A program made the translations under genes and the position numbers. From Alphaproteobacteria bacterium (lineage in GTDB: Bacteria; Pseudomonadota; Alphaproteobacteria; GCA-2731375), in contig CBDDPY010000002.1 of the NCBI GenBank assembly GCA_965232515.1, forward strand, positions 928,001 to 992,000: 64,000 bases of DNA, read 5' to 3'. Under the pieces are notes generated by a model. The model saw only the letters and a program-made list of their open reading frames with translations. It was not told where the DNA came from and searched no databases. Positions 22,589 to 32,361 of this stretch are shown here, piece by piece; within the stretch, counting starts at the first letter, position 1; each line of letters starts with the position of its first letter.

Positions 22589-23137
22589 CTAGACGATCGG
22601 CGCGGAACCGACGCGCGGGTCGACGCGGCCGCCGTCGGCGATGGCCATGGCCAGCAGGATCTCGGTCGGCCGCGGCGCATCGGCGACCATGATCGTCATC
22701 GTATCGAAATGATCGAAGGACCAGGGGTTGTCCTTGTGGCCGAGCGGCAGGTCGATCGGGGTGCCCGCCGCCGACACCTTGCAGTTCGACGGGATCAAGG
22801 CTTCGCCGCCGCCGACCGCGTCGCGCATCGGCTTGCCCAGCATCGGATGGATCAAGGCGCCGCCATGCTCGACATCGCCCGCCGCGCCGACGATGGCGGC
22901 CTTCCCATAGCTGACCGGCGGCCCGTCGAGCAGCGCCACCAGCTTGGGCATCAGCTCGGCCGCGATGTCCCGGCTGATATGGAACATCGGCGACAGGTCG
23001 GCGACGTAACGGCCGGCATAGGGGTTTTCGACGATGGCGATGCCGACGGCGCGGTTGATCGGCGGCGTCGCCTTCTGTCCCGCTTCCGACAGCACGGTTT
23101 CGTGCGTCACGATCAGCTTGCGAATGTCCACGTCCAT
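22589..23137 (-). CDS. 'Amino acid synthesis' family protein (DUF1185-like)
   Basis: IRKLIV, NPYAGRYV.DL, SYGKAAIVG..GDVEHG, DLPLGHKD, HFDTM, DAPRPTE. Confidence 0.85.
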   Translation of the reverse strand: MDVDIRKLIVTHETVLSEAGQKATPPINRAVGIAIVENPYAGRYVADLSPMFHISRDIAAELMPKLVALLDGPPVSYGKAAIVGAAGDVEHGGALIHPMLGKPMRDAVGGGEALIPSNCKVSAAGTPIDLPLGHKDNPWSFDHFDTMTIMVADAPRPTEILLAMAIADGGRVDPRVGSAPIV

Positions 23138-23151
23138 GTCGTTCCCCCGCG

Positions 23152-24306
23152 TCAATCGATGTCCGGCAGACTATAGACCGTCTCGTCGCCGTCTATGCCT
23201 TTCAAGGCATACGTGCCAACGGTATGCATGGACAGACCGCTGGCGGCGGCGAAATCGCTCGATGTCAACAGCGTCTTGCCGAGGCCGCTGCACAGGCCCT
23301 CGATCCGCGTCACCTTGTTCACCGGCGGGCCGATCACGGTGAAGTCGAGCCGGTCCGGCGCGCCGATATTGCCGTAGGCGACCTGACCAAGATGCAGGGC
23401 AATGCCGAAACGAATGCGCGGATCGTCGATATCAGCGACAGCGGCCATGGCGTCGCGCGATGCGGCGACCGCCTGGCCGCAGACCTTGGCCACATCCGCG
23501 CCGTCCGGCAGCGGGAAGATCGCCAGCACGGCATCGCCGATGAACTTCAGCACCTCGCCGCCGTGCGCTTCCAGCGCGCCGCAGACCGCCTCGAAGTAGG
23601 CGTTCAACAATTCGATGACCTCCGTGGGCGGATGCCCTTCGGACAGCACCGTGAAGCTGCGCAGGTCGCAGAACCAGAGCACGGCGTCGATCATCTCAGC
23701 ATCGCCGCGCCGGATCGTGCCCTCCAGGACCTTCGGTCCGGTCGCCGCACCAAGATAGGTCTCGAGCACGGTTCGCGAGATCTGCCGCAACGACTGGATC
23801 TCCAGCAGCGGCGCCAGCGCCGGCACGGCGGCGGACATTGCCGTCACCTGGTCTTCGCCAAACCCCTCGGGCGCCCGCGTGGCGAACGTCATGGCGTTCG
23901 GCCGGCCGTCGCTGAATGCGACCGGCAGCACAAGATAGTCGGTGACGCCCTGGTCCTTGAGCTCCGGCAGGATCGAATAGTCGAGCGCCACGTCCGCATC
24001 GCAAAGCCGCCGGCGGACCATGGCGCCGCCCTCGAAGATTGTCCGGATCGGACTATCGAGATACTGCGCCGTCACATCGATGCCGTAGGGCACCGCGATG
24101 TCGCGCCCGCCCTCCTCGAGCGTCCACTGGCGCGCCGCCACCAGCATCTGCGGATGTAGCGTCTGCACCGAGAGCGTCATACGCACCAACGGGATGCCGT
24201 CATGCCGCAGTCGTTCGGCGAAGGCGTCGATCAGCGCGCCCATCCCGACAATGTGCCGGGCTTCGTCTTGCAGCCAGTCGGCGATGCCGGAAAACGCCGC
24301 CGGCAT
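23152..24306 (-). CDS. Class III adenylate/guanylate cyclase with N-terminal GAF-like region
   Basis: FCDLRSFT, LKFIGDA, GNIG..DRLDFTVIG..VN...RIE; TLHP motif; start ATG 24306. Confidence 0.9.
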   Translation of the reverse strand: MPAAFSGIADWLQDEARHIVGMGALIDAFAERLRHDGIPLVRMTLSVQTLHPQMLVAARQWTLEEGGRDIAVPYGIDVTAQYLDSPIRTIFEGGAMVRRRLCDADVALDYSILPELKDQGVTDYLVLPVAFSDGRPNAMTFATRAPEGFGEDQVTAMSAAVPALAPLLEIQSLRQISRTVLETYLGAATGPKVLEGTIRRGDAEMIDAVLWFCDLRSFTVLSEGHPPTEVIELLNAYFEAVCGALEAHGGEVLKFIGDAVLAIFPLPDGADVAKVCGQAVAASRDAMAAVADIDDPRIRFGIALHLGQVAYGNIGAPDRLDFTVIGPPVNKVTRIEGLCSGLGKTLLTSSDFAAASGLSMHTVGTYALKGIDGDETVYSLPDID

Positions 24307-24320
24307 CGGGTCCGCGGCCG

Positions 24321-25643
24321 TCAAACCGCGGCCAGCGCCTGATCGAGGTCGGCGATGATGTCGTCGACGGTTTCGATGCCGATCGACAGCCGCACCACCT
24401 CCGGCCCGGCGCCGGCGGCAATCCTTTGCTCTTCGGTCAGCTGTCGGTGCGTTGTCGAGGCGGGATGAAGGATCAGACTGCGCGTGTCCCCGACATTGGC
24501 GAGGTGCGACAGGATCTGCACCGAGTCCACTAGCTTCTCGCCGGCCGCGAAGCCGCCCGCGAGGCCGATGGTGAAAACGGCGCCGCCCCCCTTCGGCAGG
24601 TATTTCTTGGCGAGATCGTGGTAGGGGCTCGACTTCAGGCCCGAGTAGGAGACCCAAGCCACCTTGGGATGCGCCTCCAGGAACTCGGCGACGGCGAGCG
24701 CGTTGCTGCAATGCCGGTCCATGCGCAGCGGCAGGGTCTCGACCCCCTGCAGCAGGTTCCAGGCCGACTGCGCCGACATGGTCGGCCCGAAGTCGCGCAA
24801 CGCCACGGCCCGCATCTTCGTGGTGAAGCCGAAATCGCCGAATGTCTCGTGGAAGATCAGGCCGTGATAGGCCGGATCGGGCTGCGTCATGCTGGGAAAA
24901 CGGTCGCTCTGCGCCCAGTCGAAGCGGCCGGATTCGGCGACAACGCCGCCGATGGTGTTGCCGTGGCCGCCGATGAATTTGGTCGCCGAATGGATGACGA
25001 TGTCGGCGCCCCAGTCCATGGGCCGGCAGAGATAGGGCGTGGCCAGCGTGTTGTCGACGATTAGCGGCACGCCGTATTCGCGGGCGATGCCGGCCAGCAC
25101 GGCCAGGTCCAGGACCACGCCGCCGGGATTGGCCAGGCCTTCGCAGAAGATGAACTTGACCTTGTCGGTCATGGCGTCGCGCACGTTCTGCGGCTCGGTC
25201 ATGTCGACAAAATGGCAGGTCCAGCCGAACTTCTTGAACGAGACGCCGAACTGCGTCACCGAGCCGCCATAGAGATTGCGTGAGGCGATGAACTCGTCGC
25301 CGTTCTCCAACAGCGTCGCCGCGGTCAGGAACTGCGCCGCGTGGCCCGAGGCCGAGGCGACGGCGGCGCGCCCGTTCTCCAACGCCGCCACGCGTTCCTC
25401 GAACACCGAGACCGTCGGGTTGCCGAGCCGGGAATAGATGAAGCCGAAGGTCTGCAGGTTGAACAGCTCGGCCGCGTGCTCGGCGTCATCGAAGACGAAC
25501 GAGGTCGACTGATAGATCGGGGTGCCGCGGGCGCCGGTCGTTGGATCGGGCCGGGCGCCGGCATGGATGGCGAGCGTCTCGAAGCCGTACTCGTCGGTCG
25601 GCGCTTCGGCGTCGTCGGTGGTCAGGTCTTCGGCTGTCGTCAT
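24321..25643 (-). CDS. metY: O-acetylhomoserine aminocarboxypropyltransferase (sulfhydrylase)
   Basis: FETLAIHAG, PIYQSTSF, YSRLGNPT, HSATKFIGGHG, HLANVGD, HPASTTH. Confidence 0.92.
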   Translation of the reverse strand: MTTAEDLTTDDAEAPTDEYGFETLAIHAGARPDPTTGARGTPIYQSTSFVFDDAEHAAELFNLQTFGFIYSRLGNPTVSVFEERVAALENGRAAVASASGHAAQFLTAATLLENGDEFIASRNLYGGSVTQFGVSFKKFGWTCHFVDMTEPQNVRDAMTDKVKFIFCEGLANPGGVVLDLAVLAGIAREYGVPLIVDNTLATPYLCRPMDWGADIVIHSATKFIGGHGNTIGGVVAESGRFDWAQSDRFPSMTQPDPAYHGLIFHETFGDFGFTTKMRAVALRDFGPTMSAQSAWNLLQGVETLPLRMDRHCSNALAVAEFLEAHPKVAWVSYSGLKSSPYHDLAKKYLPKGGGAVFTIGLAGGFAAGEKLVDSVQILSHLANVGDTRSLILHPASTTHRQLTEEQRIAAGAGPEVVRLSIGIETVDDIIADLDQALAAV

Positions 25644-26188
25644 CGTTTCGGCGACCTCAGCGTCTTCGATGTGATGATGCGCGAGTTCACGCCGAACCAG
25701 CTCAGCTCGCCCGACAGGCGGCCGTATTCGATCTTCGGACAGCGGTCCATGATCACTGTCAGGCCGGCGGCCTCGGCCAGCTCGGCGGCCGCGTCGTTGC
25801 GCACGCCGAGCTGCATCCAGACCACCTGAATGCCCTTGGCGTCCTTGTTGGCGATGGCTTCCTGCGTCACCCCGTAGGCGGCCTCGGACGACCGGAAGAC
25901 ATCGACCATCTCGAAACGGTCGGGCACGTCCGAAAGCGACGGATAGACCGTCTCGCCCAGGATCTCGTCGCCGGCGCGGCTCGGGTTCACCGGGATCACC
26001 CGATAGCCGCGCTTCTGCAGATACTTCATGGCGAAGAAGCTCGGCCGCTTCCAGTTGCCGCTGGCGCCGACCATGACCATTGTCCGCACCTTCGACAGCA
26101 CCGACCGCAGCGTCTGGTCGGAATAGCCGGCATGGTGCGCCAGATAGATCAGCGGATCATCCGGCGCGGCAATCGCAGTATCGGCCAT
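25640..26188 (-). CDS. CoA-binding protein (YccU-like)
   Basis: MVGAS..RPS, YRVIPVNP, VDVFR, WMQLG, MDRCPKIE. Confidence 0.92.
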   Translation of the reverse strand: MADTAIAAPDDPLIYLAHHAGYSDQTLRSVLSKVRTMVMVGASGNWKRPSFFAMKYLQKRGYRVIPVNPSRAGDEILGETVYPSLSDVPDRFEMVDVFRSSEAAYGVTQEAIANKDAKGIQVVWMQLGVRNDAAAELAEAAGLTVIMDRCPKIEYGRLSGELSWFGVNSRIITSKTLRSPKR

Positions 26189-26205
26189 GGGTGTCGTGTC
26201 TTTCC

Positions 26206-27015
26206 TTATTCGTCGCGCCAGGTGGGCGTACGCTTCTCGATGAATGCCGAGATGCCTTCCTCGGCATCGCGGGCCAGCATGTTTTCGACCATCACTTCCG
26301 ATGCATAGGCGTAGGCATCCGACAGGTTCATTTCGAGCTGCCGATAGAAGGCCTGCTTGCCGATCTTGACCACATAGCTCGACTTCGAGGTGATCTTGCG
26401 GGCCATCGCCAGCACGGCCTCGTGCAGTTCGTCCGCCGGCACATGCCGGTTGATCAGGCCAAAGCCCGCCGCCGTCTCGGCGTCAACCATCTCGCCGGTC
26501 AACAGCATTTCCATGGCGTGCTTGCGGGCGACACTGCGGCCCAGCGCCACCATGGGCGTATGGCAGAACAGGCCGATATTCACGCCGGGCGTCGCGAAAC
26601 GGGCGTCGGACGCGGCAATCGCCAGATCGCAGCTCGCCACCAACTGGCAGCCGGCCGCGGTGGCGATGCCGTGCACCTTGGCGATGATCGGCTTCGGATG
26701 GTTAACCACCGTCTCCATCAGCCGGCAGCACTGCGCCATCAGGGTCTTGCGGGCCTCGATGCTCGACAGCGACCGCACTTCCTTCAGGTCGTGACCGGCG
26801 CAGAAGCCGCGCCCGGCGCCCTCGATGATGATCGCCCGCGCGCTCGGTTCCTCGGCCAATGCGTCCAATTCGTCCTGCACGACCGTCATCAGGTCGCTCG
26901 AAAGCGCGTTGAACGCGTCCGGCCGGTTCAGCGTCAGCACGACGATGCCGTCGCCGGCATCGTCCCGCAGCAGCATGGGCGCGCGCTCGGTTTCGCTCGC
27001 GGTGACAGCGCTCAT
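26206..27015 (-). CDS. Enoyl-CoA hydratase/isomerase family protein (ECHDC3-like, lacks canonical catalytic Glu)
   Basis: FCAGHDLKE, ATAAGCQLVASCDL, TPGVNIGLFC.TP. Confidence 0.92.
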   Translation of the reverse strand: MSAVTASETERAPMLLRDDAGDGIVVLTLNRPDAFNALSSDLMTVVQDELDALAEEPSARAIIIEGAGRGFCAGHDLKEVRSLSSIEARKTLMAQCCRLMETVVNHPKPIIAKVHGIATAAGCQLVASCDLAIAASDARFATPGVNIGLFCHTPMVALGRSVARKHAMEMLLTGEMVDAETAAGFGLINRHVPADELHEAVLAMARKITSKSSYVVKIGKQAFYRQLEMNLSDAYAYASEVMVENMLARDAEEGISAFIEKRTPTWRDE

Positions 27016-27061
27016 GGCGTCCTCCCTCTGGGCTGCCCTAGTTATATCGGTTGTGTCTGAT

Positions 27062-28234
27062 CTAATCCAATCGGCAGGCTTGCACCAACTCTCGCAGGCA
27101 TTGCCAGTTCCGCCAGAACACTGCGGCCTGGGCCCGGGCGAAAGCCAGATACCAGCCGTCCGAGGTCAACGCCGTCTCGAACCGCGCGAGGTCGCCGGCA
27201 TTGCCGGCCCGCCAGTAGCTGACGGTAAGCTGTCGTTCCAGCGGCTTCAGGTCGGGCAGCGTGTTGTAGTCGGCGCCCGGCGGCCCGTCACGTCCGGGCA
27301 ACGAACGGCGCTCGCCGAGAAATCCCTTGAAGGTATAGAAGGCATCGTCCGGCGGCAGGAACGCCAGTTCGTAGTCCGCCTCGACCGCGCCATGGGTGAT
27401 GTCGTCGGCGGAATCCATCGGCGCCTCGCCGAAGCCCATCAGATAGCGCACCGATGCCGGTTCGGGGAAGCGCACCGCCGGCCGCCGCCGACGCTCGGGA
27501 TCGTGTGGATAGAGCTCGTTCGAGCGGATAGCGATATCGATGCCGACCCGACCGTCGGCCGGCAGCGGCAGCTCGGCGCCGAAGAGATAGGTGCGCTGAT
27601 AGTTGTGCTGCTGCAGCATCAGGGCCAGCGGCTCGTCGTCGAGGCCCAGCACAAGGCTGGCGGCGGTGTAGTGGTCGAGCTGATGCCAGTCGTCGAGATC
27701 GGCCACCATGCCCAGCGCGGCGGCCTGCCAGGCCGGCACGCCCGCCGGCAGCCCCGAATGCCGGAACACGGCATGATAGGTCAGGAATGTCAGAGACTCG
27801 GACCGGACGCCGTCGTCGGCGGGGAAGGGGGCCGTGACCCGGTCGACCCGGCCGAACACCACGGGCCGCGCCGGTCGCGTCTCTGGTTCGTGCACAAAGA
27901 CGACGCGCGGGTCGTTCTTGTGCCGGTTCAATAGCGCCCGGTCGACCTTGTCGGCGATCCGGTTTCGGTCGCCGCCTTGCAGATAACCCTGCGCGATGTA
28001 GTCGTCATAGAAGCTGATCAGGCCGGCATGGCCGGGCGGCAGATAGAAGCGGGGCCGATAGCGGGTCAACAGCTCCCGCTCGGCCGCGCTGGCGGGCGTC
28101 GTTGTCGGCGGGTTCGCGGCAAAATGGGCGGAGAAACCGGGATACTGCGAAAAGTTCGTGTCGCCGCCGTTGCATGCCGCAAGCGCCAAGCCGATGCCGC
28201 AAACCGCTGCCAACCGTGATGCGCGTCCCCGCAT
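27062..28234 (-). CDS. Hypothetical lipoprotein (390 aa)
   Basis: MRGRASR plus hydrophobic segment and lipobox LAAC; long globular ORF; start reassigned to ATG 28234. Confidence 0.75.
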   Translation of the reverse strand: MRGRASRLAAVCGIGLALAACNGGDTNFSQYPGFSAHFAANPPTTTPASAAERELLTRYRPRFYLPPGHAGLISFYDDYIAQGYLQGGDRNRIADKVDRALLNRHKNDPRVVFVHEPETRPARPVVFGRVDRVTAPFPADDGVRSESLTFLTYHAVFRHSGLPAGVPAWQAAALGMVADLDDWHQLDHYTAASLVLGLDDEPLALMLQQHNYQRTYLFGAELPLPADGRVGIDIAIRSNELYPHDPERRRRPAVRFPEPASVRYLMGFGEAPMDSADDITHGAVEADYELAFLPPDDAFYTFKGFLGERRSLPGRDGPPGADYNTLPDLKPLERQLTVSYWRAGNAGDLARFETALTSDGWYLAFARAQAAVFWRNWQCLRELVQACRLD

Positions 28235-28333
28235 AAGCGCCACCCTAACTTGACGGCAAAGGCTTTGTCTTGGCCTCGCCACATCGGTGCCGTAAATACG
28301 CCCTCTACGATTTCGGGTCAGGATCAGATCAGC

Positions 28334-28771
28334 ATGGACGCCAAAACCACCGCGATGACGGCGGATGAGTTGCAGCAGTTTCTCGCTGACGAGTTTCCGC
28401 AGATCGAGGGCTTCGACTTCCGCATCGAGTCGGTCCGCCCCGACGGCGCCCGCATCCGCATGCCGGTCGACCATGCGCATCTCAGGCCGGGCGGCACGGT
28501 CTCAGGCCCGACCATGATGACGCTCGCCGACGTGTCCATGTATGTCTCTGTGCTGGCGCGGATCGGTCCGGTGGGCCTTGCCGTCACCACGGGCCTGACC
28601 ATCAACTTCCTGCGCAAGCCGGCGCTGGCCGATCTGGTGGCCGAAACCCGCCTTTTGAAGCTCGGCAAGCAGCTCGCGGTCGGCGATGTGACGATCTACA
28701 GCGAGGGCGTCGACGGCCCGGTGGCGCATGCCTCTCTGACCTATTCGATCCCGCCCCGAAACGGCCAATAA
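28334..28771 (+). CDS. PaaI-family thioesterase
   Basis: [40 protein letters not shown]. Confidence 0.92.
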   Translation: MDAKTTAMTADELQQFLADEFPQIEGFDFRIESVRPDGARIRMPVDHAHLRPGGTVSGPTMMTLADVSMYVSVLARIGPVGLAVTTGLTINFLRKPALADLVAETRLLKLGKQLAVGDVTIYSEGVDGPVAHASLTYSIPPRNGQ

Positions 28772-28842
28772 ATACAACGACCTACGATATCGGTAATATA
28801 ATACCGTCTAGTAACAATCTGAAATTCAGGCGTTTTTCCCAG

Positions 28843-28870
28843 TTGACGAACACCAGTTTTTGGCGATACT
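28843..28870 (+). promoter_or_regulatory. Putative rplM-rpsI promoter with AT-rich UP region
   Basis: TTGACG-N16-GATACT followed by a GC-rich discriminator. Confidence 0.5.
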
Positions 28871-28902
28871 GCGCGCCGCGATTTGGCTCGAAGGATGACG
28901 CC

Positions 28903-29367
28903 ATGAAGACCTATTCCGCCAAGCCCGCCGAGGTGGAGCACAAATGGTGGCTGATCGACGCCGAGGATCTGGTTCTCGGCCGTCTCGCCGTCATTGTCGC
29001 CGACACGCTGCGGGGCAAGAACAAGCCGATCTACACCCCGCACATCGACTGCGGCGACCATGTGGTGGTCGTCAATGCCGAGAAGGTCGCGCTGACCGGC
29101 AACAAACGCCGGGACAAGACCTATTACCGGCACACCGGCTATCCCGGCGGCATCAAGAGCACCACGGCCGGCAAGATCCTCGACGGCGCGCACCCCGAAC
29201 GGGTGATCGAGAAGGCGGTCGAGCGCATGATCCCGAAGGGGCCGCTAGGCCGGGCCCAGTTCAAGAAGCTGCGGGTCTATGCCGGGTCTGAGCATCCGCA
29301 CGAGGCGCAGCAGCCGGCGCCGCTGGACCTCGCCGCGATGAATTCGAAGAACAAAAGGAGCGCCTGA
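28903..29367 (+). CDS. rplM: 50S ribosomal protein L13
   Basis: [42 protein letters not shown]. Confidence 0.98.
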   Translation: MKTYSAKPAEVEHKWWLIDAEDLVLGRLAVIVADTLRGKNKPIYTPHIDCGDHVVVVNAEKVALTGNKRRDKTYYRHTGYPGGIKSTTAGKILDGAHPERVIEKAVERMIPKGPLGRAQFKKLRVYAGSEHPHEAQQPAPLDLAAMNSKNKRSA

Positions 29368-29369
29368 AC

Positions 29370-29855
29370 ATGTCCGAAACGACCACCGGGACGCTGGAGG
29401 ACCTGAAGGAGCTCGTGCAGCCGCCGGCCGAGGAAGCGGCCGAGACGGTCGAGCCGAAGATCGACGACCTGGGCCGTGCCTATGCGACCGGCAAACGTAA
29501 AAACGCGATCGCCCGCGTCTGGGTCAAGCCGGGCAGCGGCCGCATCACGGTCAACGGCAAGGACAGCGACACCTATTTCGCCCGTCCGGTGCTGCGGATG
29601 ATCATCCAGCAGCCGTTCGTGTTGTCCGATCGCAACGACCAGTTCGACGTCATGTGTACGGTCAAGGGCGGCGGGCTCTCGGGCCAGGCCGGCGCCGTGC
29701 GTCACGGCATCAGCCGGGCCTTGGTCGCCTACGAGCCGGGCCTGCGGCCGGTGCTGAAACGGGGCGGCTTCCTGACGCGCGACTCGCGCGTGGTCGAGCG
29801 CAAGAAGTACGGCAAGGCGAAAGCCCGACGTAGCTTCCAGTTCTCGAAACGCTAG
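29370..29855 (+). CDS. rpsI: 30S ribosomal protein S9
   Basis: [51 protein letters not shown]. Confidence 0.98.
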   Translation: MSETTTGTLEDLKELVQPPAEEAAETVEPKIDDLGRAYATGKRKNAIARVWVKPGSGRITVNGKDSDTYFARPVLRMIIQQPFVLSDRNDQFDVMCTVKGGGLSGQAGAVRHGISRALVAYEPGLRPVLKRGGFLTRDSRVVERKKYGKAKARRSFQFSKR

Positions 29856-29877
29856 GACGCGGTTCACGGCATATGCC

Positions 29878-29912
29878 AAGACGGCGCCCCTAGCGGGCGC
29901 CGTTTTTGTTTT
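29878..29912 (+). terminator. Rho-independent terminator after rpsI
   Basis: ACGGCGCCC-ctagc-GGGCGCCGT stem followed by TTTTGTTTT. Confidence 0.85.
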
Positions 29913-29972
29913 CACGTGCCAGACGCGTCATTCCCCTATAATCCACCCCAGTTTGAGCAGGACATTGGAACC

Positions 29973-31097
29973 ATGAGCAGCAATCGGATCAGAACCGGCA
30001 TCCTCGGCGCCAGCGGCTATACGGGCGCGGAACTGGTGCGCCTGTTGTCGCAGCACCCGCGGGTCGATATCGCGCTCTTGACGGCCGACAGCCATGCCGG
30101 CGAACCCTTCGCCGACGTCTATCCGCATCTCGGCAGCCTGGATCTGCCGGACCTGATCAGCATCGACGACGTCGAATGGGCCGGGCTGGACCTGGACGTG
30201 GTGTTCTGCGGCCTGCCGCACGGCACCACGCAGGAGGTCATCGCCGGCATCATGCATCAGACCGGACACGACCTGGTCGACGAGCTGATCGAGGAAACGA
30301 CCGGCGATCTGGCGGCGAGCATGCCCGGCACGCCCAAGGTGATCGATCTGTCGGCCGACTTTCGGCTGACCAATCTCGACACCTATGCCGAATGGTACGG
30401 CCATCCGCATCTGGCGCCGCACCTGCAGGACGAGGCGGTCTACGGGCTGACGGAGCTTGGCCGCGACGAGATCCGGGACGCTAGGCTGGTCGCCTGTCCC
30501 GGCTGTTATCCGACCGTGGCGATCCTGCCGCTGGCGCCGCTGCTGTCGGCCGGACAGATCCTGACCGACGACATCATCATCGACGCCAAGACCGGCATCA
30601 CCGGCGCCGGCCGGGCGGCGAAGCAGGCCAATCTGTTCGGCGAGATCAGCGAGGGCATGCACGCCTACGGCGTCGCGCGACACCGGCACGGCCCGGAAAT
30701 CGAGCAGGAGCTCGAGCGGGCGGTGGGCCAGGCGATCACGGTCAATTTCACGCCGCACCTGGTGCCGATGAACCGCGGCATCCTGGCGACGATCTACGTC
30801 AAGCTGTCGAACGGCGTCAGTGCCGACGACCTGCGGGCCACGCTTACGCAGCGCTACGCCGACGAGCCGTTCGTGCTGATCGCGCCCGATGGGCAGGCGC
30901 CGGCGACCCGGCACGTCCGGGGCTCGAACAACTGCGTGATGGGTGTCTTCGCGGACCGCCTGCCGGGGCGGGCGATCATCGTCGCGGTGATCGACAACCT
31001 GGTGAAGGGCGCTTCCGGCCAGGCGGTGCAGAACATGAACCTGATGTTCGACCTCGACGAGACCACCGCCCTGTCGCAACAGCCGCTGTTCCCTTGA
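29973..31097 (+). CDS. argC: N-acetyl-gamma-glutamyl-phosphate reductase
   Basis: GASGYTGAEL, LPHG, IDLSADFRL, PGCYPT, FTPHLVPMNRG, DNLVKGASGQAVQN. Confidence 0.97.
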   Translation: MSSNRIRTGILGASGYTGAELVRLLSQHPRVDIALLTADSHAGEPFADVYPHLGSLDLPDLISIDDVEWAGLDLDVVFCGLPHGTTQEVIAGIMHQTGHDLVDELIEETTGDLAASMPGTPKVIDLSADFRLTNLDTYAEWYGHPHLAPHLQDEAVYGLTELGRDEIRDARLVACPGCYPTVAILPLAPLLSAGQILTDDIIIDAKTGITGAGRAAKQANLFGEISEGMHAYGVARHRHGPEIEQELERAVGQAITVNFTPHLVPMNRGILATIYVKLSNGVSADDLRATLTQRYADEPFVLIAPDGQAPATRHVRGSNNCVMGVFADRLPGRAIIVAVIDNLVKGASGQAVQNMNLMFDLDETTALSQQPLFP

Positions 31098-31110
31098 GTC
31101 GGAGACCCCT

Positions 31111-31659
31111 ATGCCCCAAGGCCTGATCCTGCCCTACGAGGACCAAGTTCCGACGATCGCGCCCAGCGCCTTCATCGCGCCGGACGCCACCATCGTCGGC
31201 AATGTCGAGATCGGGGCGAACGCCAACATCTGGTACAAGTGCGTGCTGCGCGGCGACGTCATGGGCATCCGCATCGGCGCCAACACCAACATCCAGGACG
31301 GCACCGTCATTCACGTCACCGGCGGCCGCTACGAAACCCTGATCGGCGACGACGTCACCGTCGGGCATATGGTCCTGGTGCATGGCTGCACGCTCGAATC
31401 CGGCAGTTTCGTCGGCATGCGCGCCATGGTCATGGACGGCTGCGTGATCGAGACCGGCGCCATGCTGGCCGGCGGCGCCGTGCTGACGCCCGGCAAGCGC
31501 ATTCCGGGCGGCCAGCTCTGGGCCGGCAGCCCGGCGCGTTACATGCGCGACCTGACCGACGACGACATGGCGAACTTCAAGCGCACAAGCAGCCACTACG
31601 TCGATCTCGGCCGCCGCCACCAGGCCTCGATCGATGGCGTCAAGGCCGTCGCCGAATAA
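31111..31659 (+). CDS. Gamma-carbonic anhydrase family (YrdA-like) hexapeptide-repeat protein
   Basis: VLRGD, TNIQDGTVIH, VTVGH..VHGC, GSPAR. Confidence 0.92.
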   Translation: MPQGLILPYEDQVPTIAPSAFIAPDATIVGNVEIGANANIWYKCVLRGDVMGIRIGANTNIQDGTVIHVTGGRYETLIGDDVTVGHMVLVHGCTLESGSFVGMRAMVMDGCVIETGAMLAGGAVLTPGKRIPGGQLWAGSPARYMRDLTDDDMANFKRTSSHYVDLGRRHQASIDGVKAVAE

Positions 31660-31668
31660 CCGACAAGC

Positions 31669-32286
31669 TCAGCCGGGCGAGGGCCGGCCGTGGGCACGAT
31701 AGAAGCGCCGCGCCTTGGCCCGGTTGCCACAGGTCTCCATCGAGCACCAGCGACGGCTGGCGTTCGGGCTTTCGTCGAGAAAGATCCAGCTGCAGCGCAT
31801 GCCGGGACAGGTCTTCACCCGGGTCAGCCGCGCCGAGGTCAGCAGTTCCAGCGCCGAATAGGCGACCGGTCGCGATAGCCAGGCCGTAAGGTCGTCGCCG
31901 GCGTCGATCGCCAGTCCGCCCCCCGACATCACCAGCTTGAGCGCGCCGCCGTCACCAATCGCCTGGTTCAGCCGCGCGAGATCGGCGGTCCGGTCATCGT
32001 CCGGCTGCGCGAACAACCGCCAGAGGCCGTCCCGCAGATCAACAACTTCGGCCAGTCCGGCCGCCGCGGCCGCCGGTTCGTCGGCCGCACGTTTGGCAAG
32101 ACGCGCGCCTGCCGCCGTGTCGATCAGCCCAAGGCGCCGACCAAGCACCAGCACGTCGTCGAACGAGGTCAGGCGCTCGTCGCAGGCTTCACCCTCGAGC
32201 CGGTTCGCCGTGTTGACGAAGTCGAGGCAAAGGCGGCCACCCACGAACGGGATTGTGTCGATGGAAGGACTCACGCGACGCTCCAT
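31669..32286 (-). CDS. ABATE/CGNR zinc-finger protein (DUF1470-like putative regulator)
   Basis: GGRLCLDFVNT N-terminus; C-terminal C...C.WIFLDES...RRWCSMETCGNRAKARR; start ATG 32286. Confidence 0.9.
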   Translation of the reverse strand: MERRVSPSIDTIPFVGGRLCLDFVNTANRLEGEACDERLTSFDDVLVLGRRLGLIDTAAGARLAKRAADEPAAAAAGLAEVVDLRDGLWRLFAQPDDDRTADLARLNQAIGDGGALKLVMSGGGLAIDAGDDLTAWLSRPVAYSALELLTSARLTRVKTCPGMRCSWIFLDESPNASRRWCSMETCGNRAKARRFYRAHGRPSPG

Positions 32287-32358
32287 TTCTAACCAGCTTA
32301 CCGGTTGACGCGCCGAATTGTCCATGTAGGATCGAGCTAACCGGTAAATAGGTTAGAA
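32287..32358. promoter_or_regulatory. Two CTAACC-N8-GGTTAG palindromic operators flanking a sigma70-like promoter
   Basis: Site 1 32289-32308 CTAACC-agcttacc-GGTTGA; site 2 32337-32356 CTAACC-ggtaaata-GGTTAG; TTGACG(32305)-N16-TAGGAT(32327). Confidence 0.7.
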
Positions 32359-32361
32359 AAG

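Noticed and set aside
24307-24711. N-terminal extension of the adenylate cyclase, and similar extensions of ribB, recJ, coxE and the 59346 mrp subunit
   Set aside because: They overlap upstream genes in another frame with Arg/Gly-rich non-coding composition; better starts lie at the gene junctions
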